From positions 1 to 41,804 of IMG/VR virus record IMGVR_UViG_3300024895_000001: a stretch of 41,804 bases of DNA; one strand, given 5' to 3'. Below the pieces are notes generated by a model. It did no database searches and was not told the DNA's origin. It worked only from the letters and a program-made list of their open reading frames with translations. The translations under genes and the position numbers were made by a program. This DNA is from a virus. This document shows, piece after piece, positions 40,334 to 41,804 of the stretch (position 1 is its first letter; each line of letters begins with the position of its first letter).

Positions 40334-41580
40334 AAATATTTGGCTACGAACTTCGCCGCGCCGGTGCCGAAAGCAAGTCGTCAAGCCGCGACCTGCTGCA
40401 GGAAATCTTCGGTGGAAAAGCAACGAAATCCGGCGCTGCGGTCAACTGGAAGACCGCCCTCGAAGTCACTACCGTTCTGGCCTGCGCTCGGGTAATCGCC
40501 GAAGGGCTCGCTCAGGTTCCATTCCGCATCTATCGAGACCAGTCCAGTGGCGGAAAGGCGATCGCGTCGGATCATCCGGTGCATCCGTTGATTTCGCGTC
40601 GGCCAAATGAATGGATGACAAGCTTCGAGCTCCGCGAGCTGATCGGATTGCACTTGGTGCTCTGCGGAAATTTCTTCGCAGTCAAGATACGCGGCCCCCG
40701 CGGCAATGTTCTCGAACTGCTCCCCTACACGCCGGGCGCCGTCACCGTAAAGCGCAATAACTGGCAACTCAGCTATGAAGTCCAGGGAGACAACGGAACT
40801 CGCACCTCGATTTCAGCCGACGACATGTGGCACATCCGTGGCCCGAGCTGGAACAGTTGGATGGGTCTTGAAAGCGTCAAGATCCTGCGTGAATCCATTG
40901 GCCTGGCGTTGGCCACTGAAGAGCACGGCGCCCGCGTCTTCTCCAATGGAGCCCGTGTCGGCGGCGTACTCAGCTCCGACGTCAGCAAGATGGATCCGGA
41001 GCAAGTCAAAGCCTTGCGCGCCAGTTGGGATGCTACGCAGGGTGGAAATGCAAACTCCTGGAAGACGGCAATTCTTTGGGGGGGTCTGAAGTGGCAAGCA
41101 TTAGCGCAACAAAACGACCAAGCCCAGCTCATCGAGCAGCGCCGCTTCCAGGTCGAAGAAATCTGCCGCGGTCTGCGCGTGCTGCCCATCATGGTCGGCC
41201 ATAGCGACAAGACGCAGACCTTTGCCAGCGCTGAGCAGATGTTCCTGGCCCATGTGGTTCACACCATGGGGCCCTGGTACAAGCGCATCGAAGAATCCGC
41301 CAACGTCCAGCTACTGAGCGACGCCGACGCCGATAAAGGCTACTACGCCAAGTTCGTCGTCCAGGGCCTGATGCGCGGCGCCGCCAAGGACCGCATGGAG
41401 TACTACAAGGGCATGTACGGCATCGGCGCCCTGAACCCGAACGAAATCCGCGAGCTGGAAGACTGGAACCCGTACCAGGGCGGCGAGCAATACCGTGTCC
41501 CGCTCAACATGGAAGACCCAAATTCACCGTCGGAAGACCCCGGCAAAAACCAAGCAGGAGCAGACAATGTCGCACCGTAA
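40330..41580 (+). CDS. Portal protein (HK97 family)
   Basis: 416-aa ORF with a GTGA overlap with the terL stop. It is followed by the prohead protease. Confidence 0.8.
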   Translation: MKIFGYELRRAGAESKSSSRDLLQEIFGGKATKSGAAVNWKTALEVTTVLACARVIAEGLAQVPFRIYRDQSSGGKAIASDHPVHPLISRRPNEWMTSFELRELIGLHLVLCGNFFAVKIRGPRGNVLELLPYTPGAVTVKRNNWQLSYEVQGDNGTRTSISADDMWHIRGPSWNSWMGLESVKILRESIGLALATEEHGARVFSNGARVGGVLSSDVSKMDPEQVKALRASWDATQGGNANSWKTAILWGGLKWQALAQQNDQAQLIEQRRFQVEEICRGLRVLPIMVGHSDKTQTFASAEQMFLAHVVHTMGPWYKRIEESANVQLLSDADADKGYYAKFVVQGLMRGAAKDRMEYYKGMYGIGALNPNEIRELEDWNPYQGGEQYRVPLNMEDPNSPSEDPGKNQAGADNVAP

Positions 41581-41804
41581 TCGCATCGAGCGCAAAAGCA
41601 CCGTCGCCAACGCGCAGCACATGGCCTGCGGCCTCATTGAACTCAAGTTCGCCGCCGGTGACGGCGCTGATGAAATGAGCTTCGAAGGCTATGGTGCCAT
41701 CTTCGGCAATGTCGATTCCTACGGTGACATCATCGAACCCGGCGCTTTCTCCGGGTTCCTGTCGGATGTCCAGTCCGGCAAGCAGAACTGGCCGGCCATG
41801 CTGC
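41567..41804 (+). CDS. Prohead protease, N-terminal part (continues at 122..621 after removing the duplicated 121 nt)
   Basis: ATG 41567 overlaps the portal 3' end. The frame stays open to the window end and is in phase with 1..621. Confidence 0.85.
   Translation, partial: MSHRNRIERKSTVANAQHMACGLIELKFAAGDGADEMSFEGYGAIFGNVDSYGDIIEPGAFSGFLSDVQSGKQNWPAML
41684..41804. repeat. Terminal duplication, right copy (identical to 1..121)
   Basis: Same 121-nt string as 1..121. The reading frame of the ORF starting at 41567 is preserved across the junction. Confidence 0.95.

Larger units (their letters stand above)
1..41804. mobile_element. Complete temperate siphovirus genome (HK97-like packaging/head, lambda-like tail and immunity switch), circularly permuted in this window
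   Basis: All modules are present: HNH-terS-terL-portal-protease-capsid, connectors, tail, lysis, attP-int-xis, early-left operon, repressor/cro switch, replication and a Q-like gene. The window ends duplicate each other. Confidence 0.85.

Overview
This window is a complete, circularly permuted genome of a temperate siphovirus or prophage. It has about 41.68 kb of unique sequence, and bases 1-121 are repeated exactly at 41684-41804. GC is high, roughly 60% by eye, and the host looks Gram-negative (spanin pair, lipobox).

Plus strand, in order:
- HK97-type prohead protease (wraps the window junction) and major capsid protein.
- An unusual ~4 kb block of five genes of unknown function.
- Head-tail connectors and the major tail protein.
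- A G/GT tail chaperone pair with a textbook A_AAA_AAC -1 slippery site.
- Tape measure, minor tail proteins, and a 1522-aa fused K-I-J-like tip protein.
- A lysis cassette: membrane proteins, GH19 endolysin, and an embedded Rz/Rz1-like spanin pair.
- A candidate attP made of a tRNA 3' end.

Minus strand (early-left operon), in transcription order:
- A sigma70-like promoter with repressor operators, and a DGR target gene as the first ORF.
- Small ORFs and an RdgC::H-NS-DBD fusion.
- Two more DGR target genes, Avd, TR and a DGR reverse transcriptase.
- A DHH phosphoesterase, a C5 DNA methyltransferase with a repeat-rich TRD region, and an HD hydrolase.
- Xis, tyrosine integrase, and a low-GC HNH-like gene next to attP.

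The immunity region holds a short HTH repressor without an S24 domain, with a TerB+BRCT gene downstream of it in the position of lambda rexAB. It has three 18-bp operators in 24-bp phase and an apparently leaderless cro-like gene. Rightward of this lie a CII (CP76-like) gene, an O-like replication gene with internal iterons plus back-to-back DnaA boxes, a Q-like zinc-finger protein, HNH, terS, terL and portal.

The standout is a diversity-generating retroelement with one 100-bp template repeat and three variable repeats. All 38 TR/VR mismatches fall at template adenines. It diversifies three small DUF1566/C-type-lectin-fold proteins that have no obvious signal peptide and are encoded in the repressor-controlled early operon, rather than a tail fibre. 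All functional calls rest on motif recognition and synteny and need HMM or structure confirmation.
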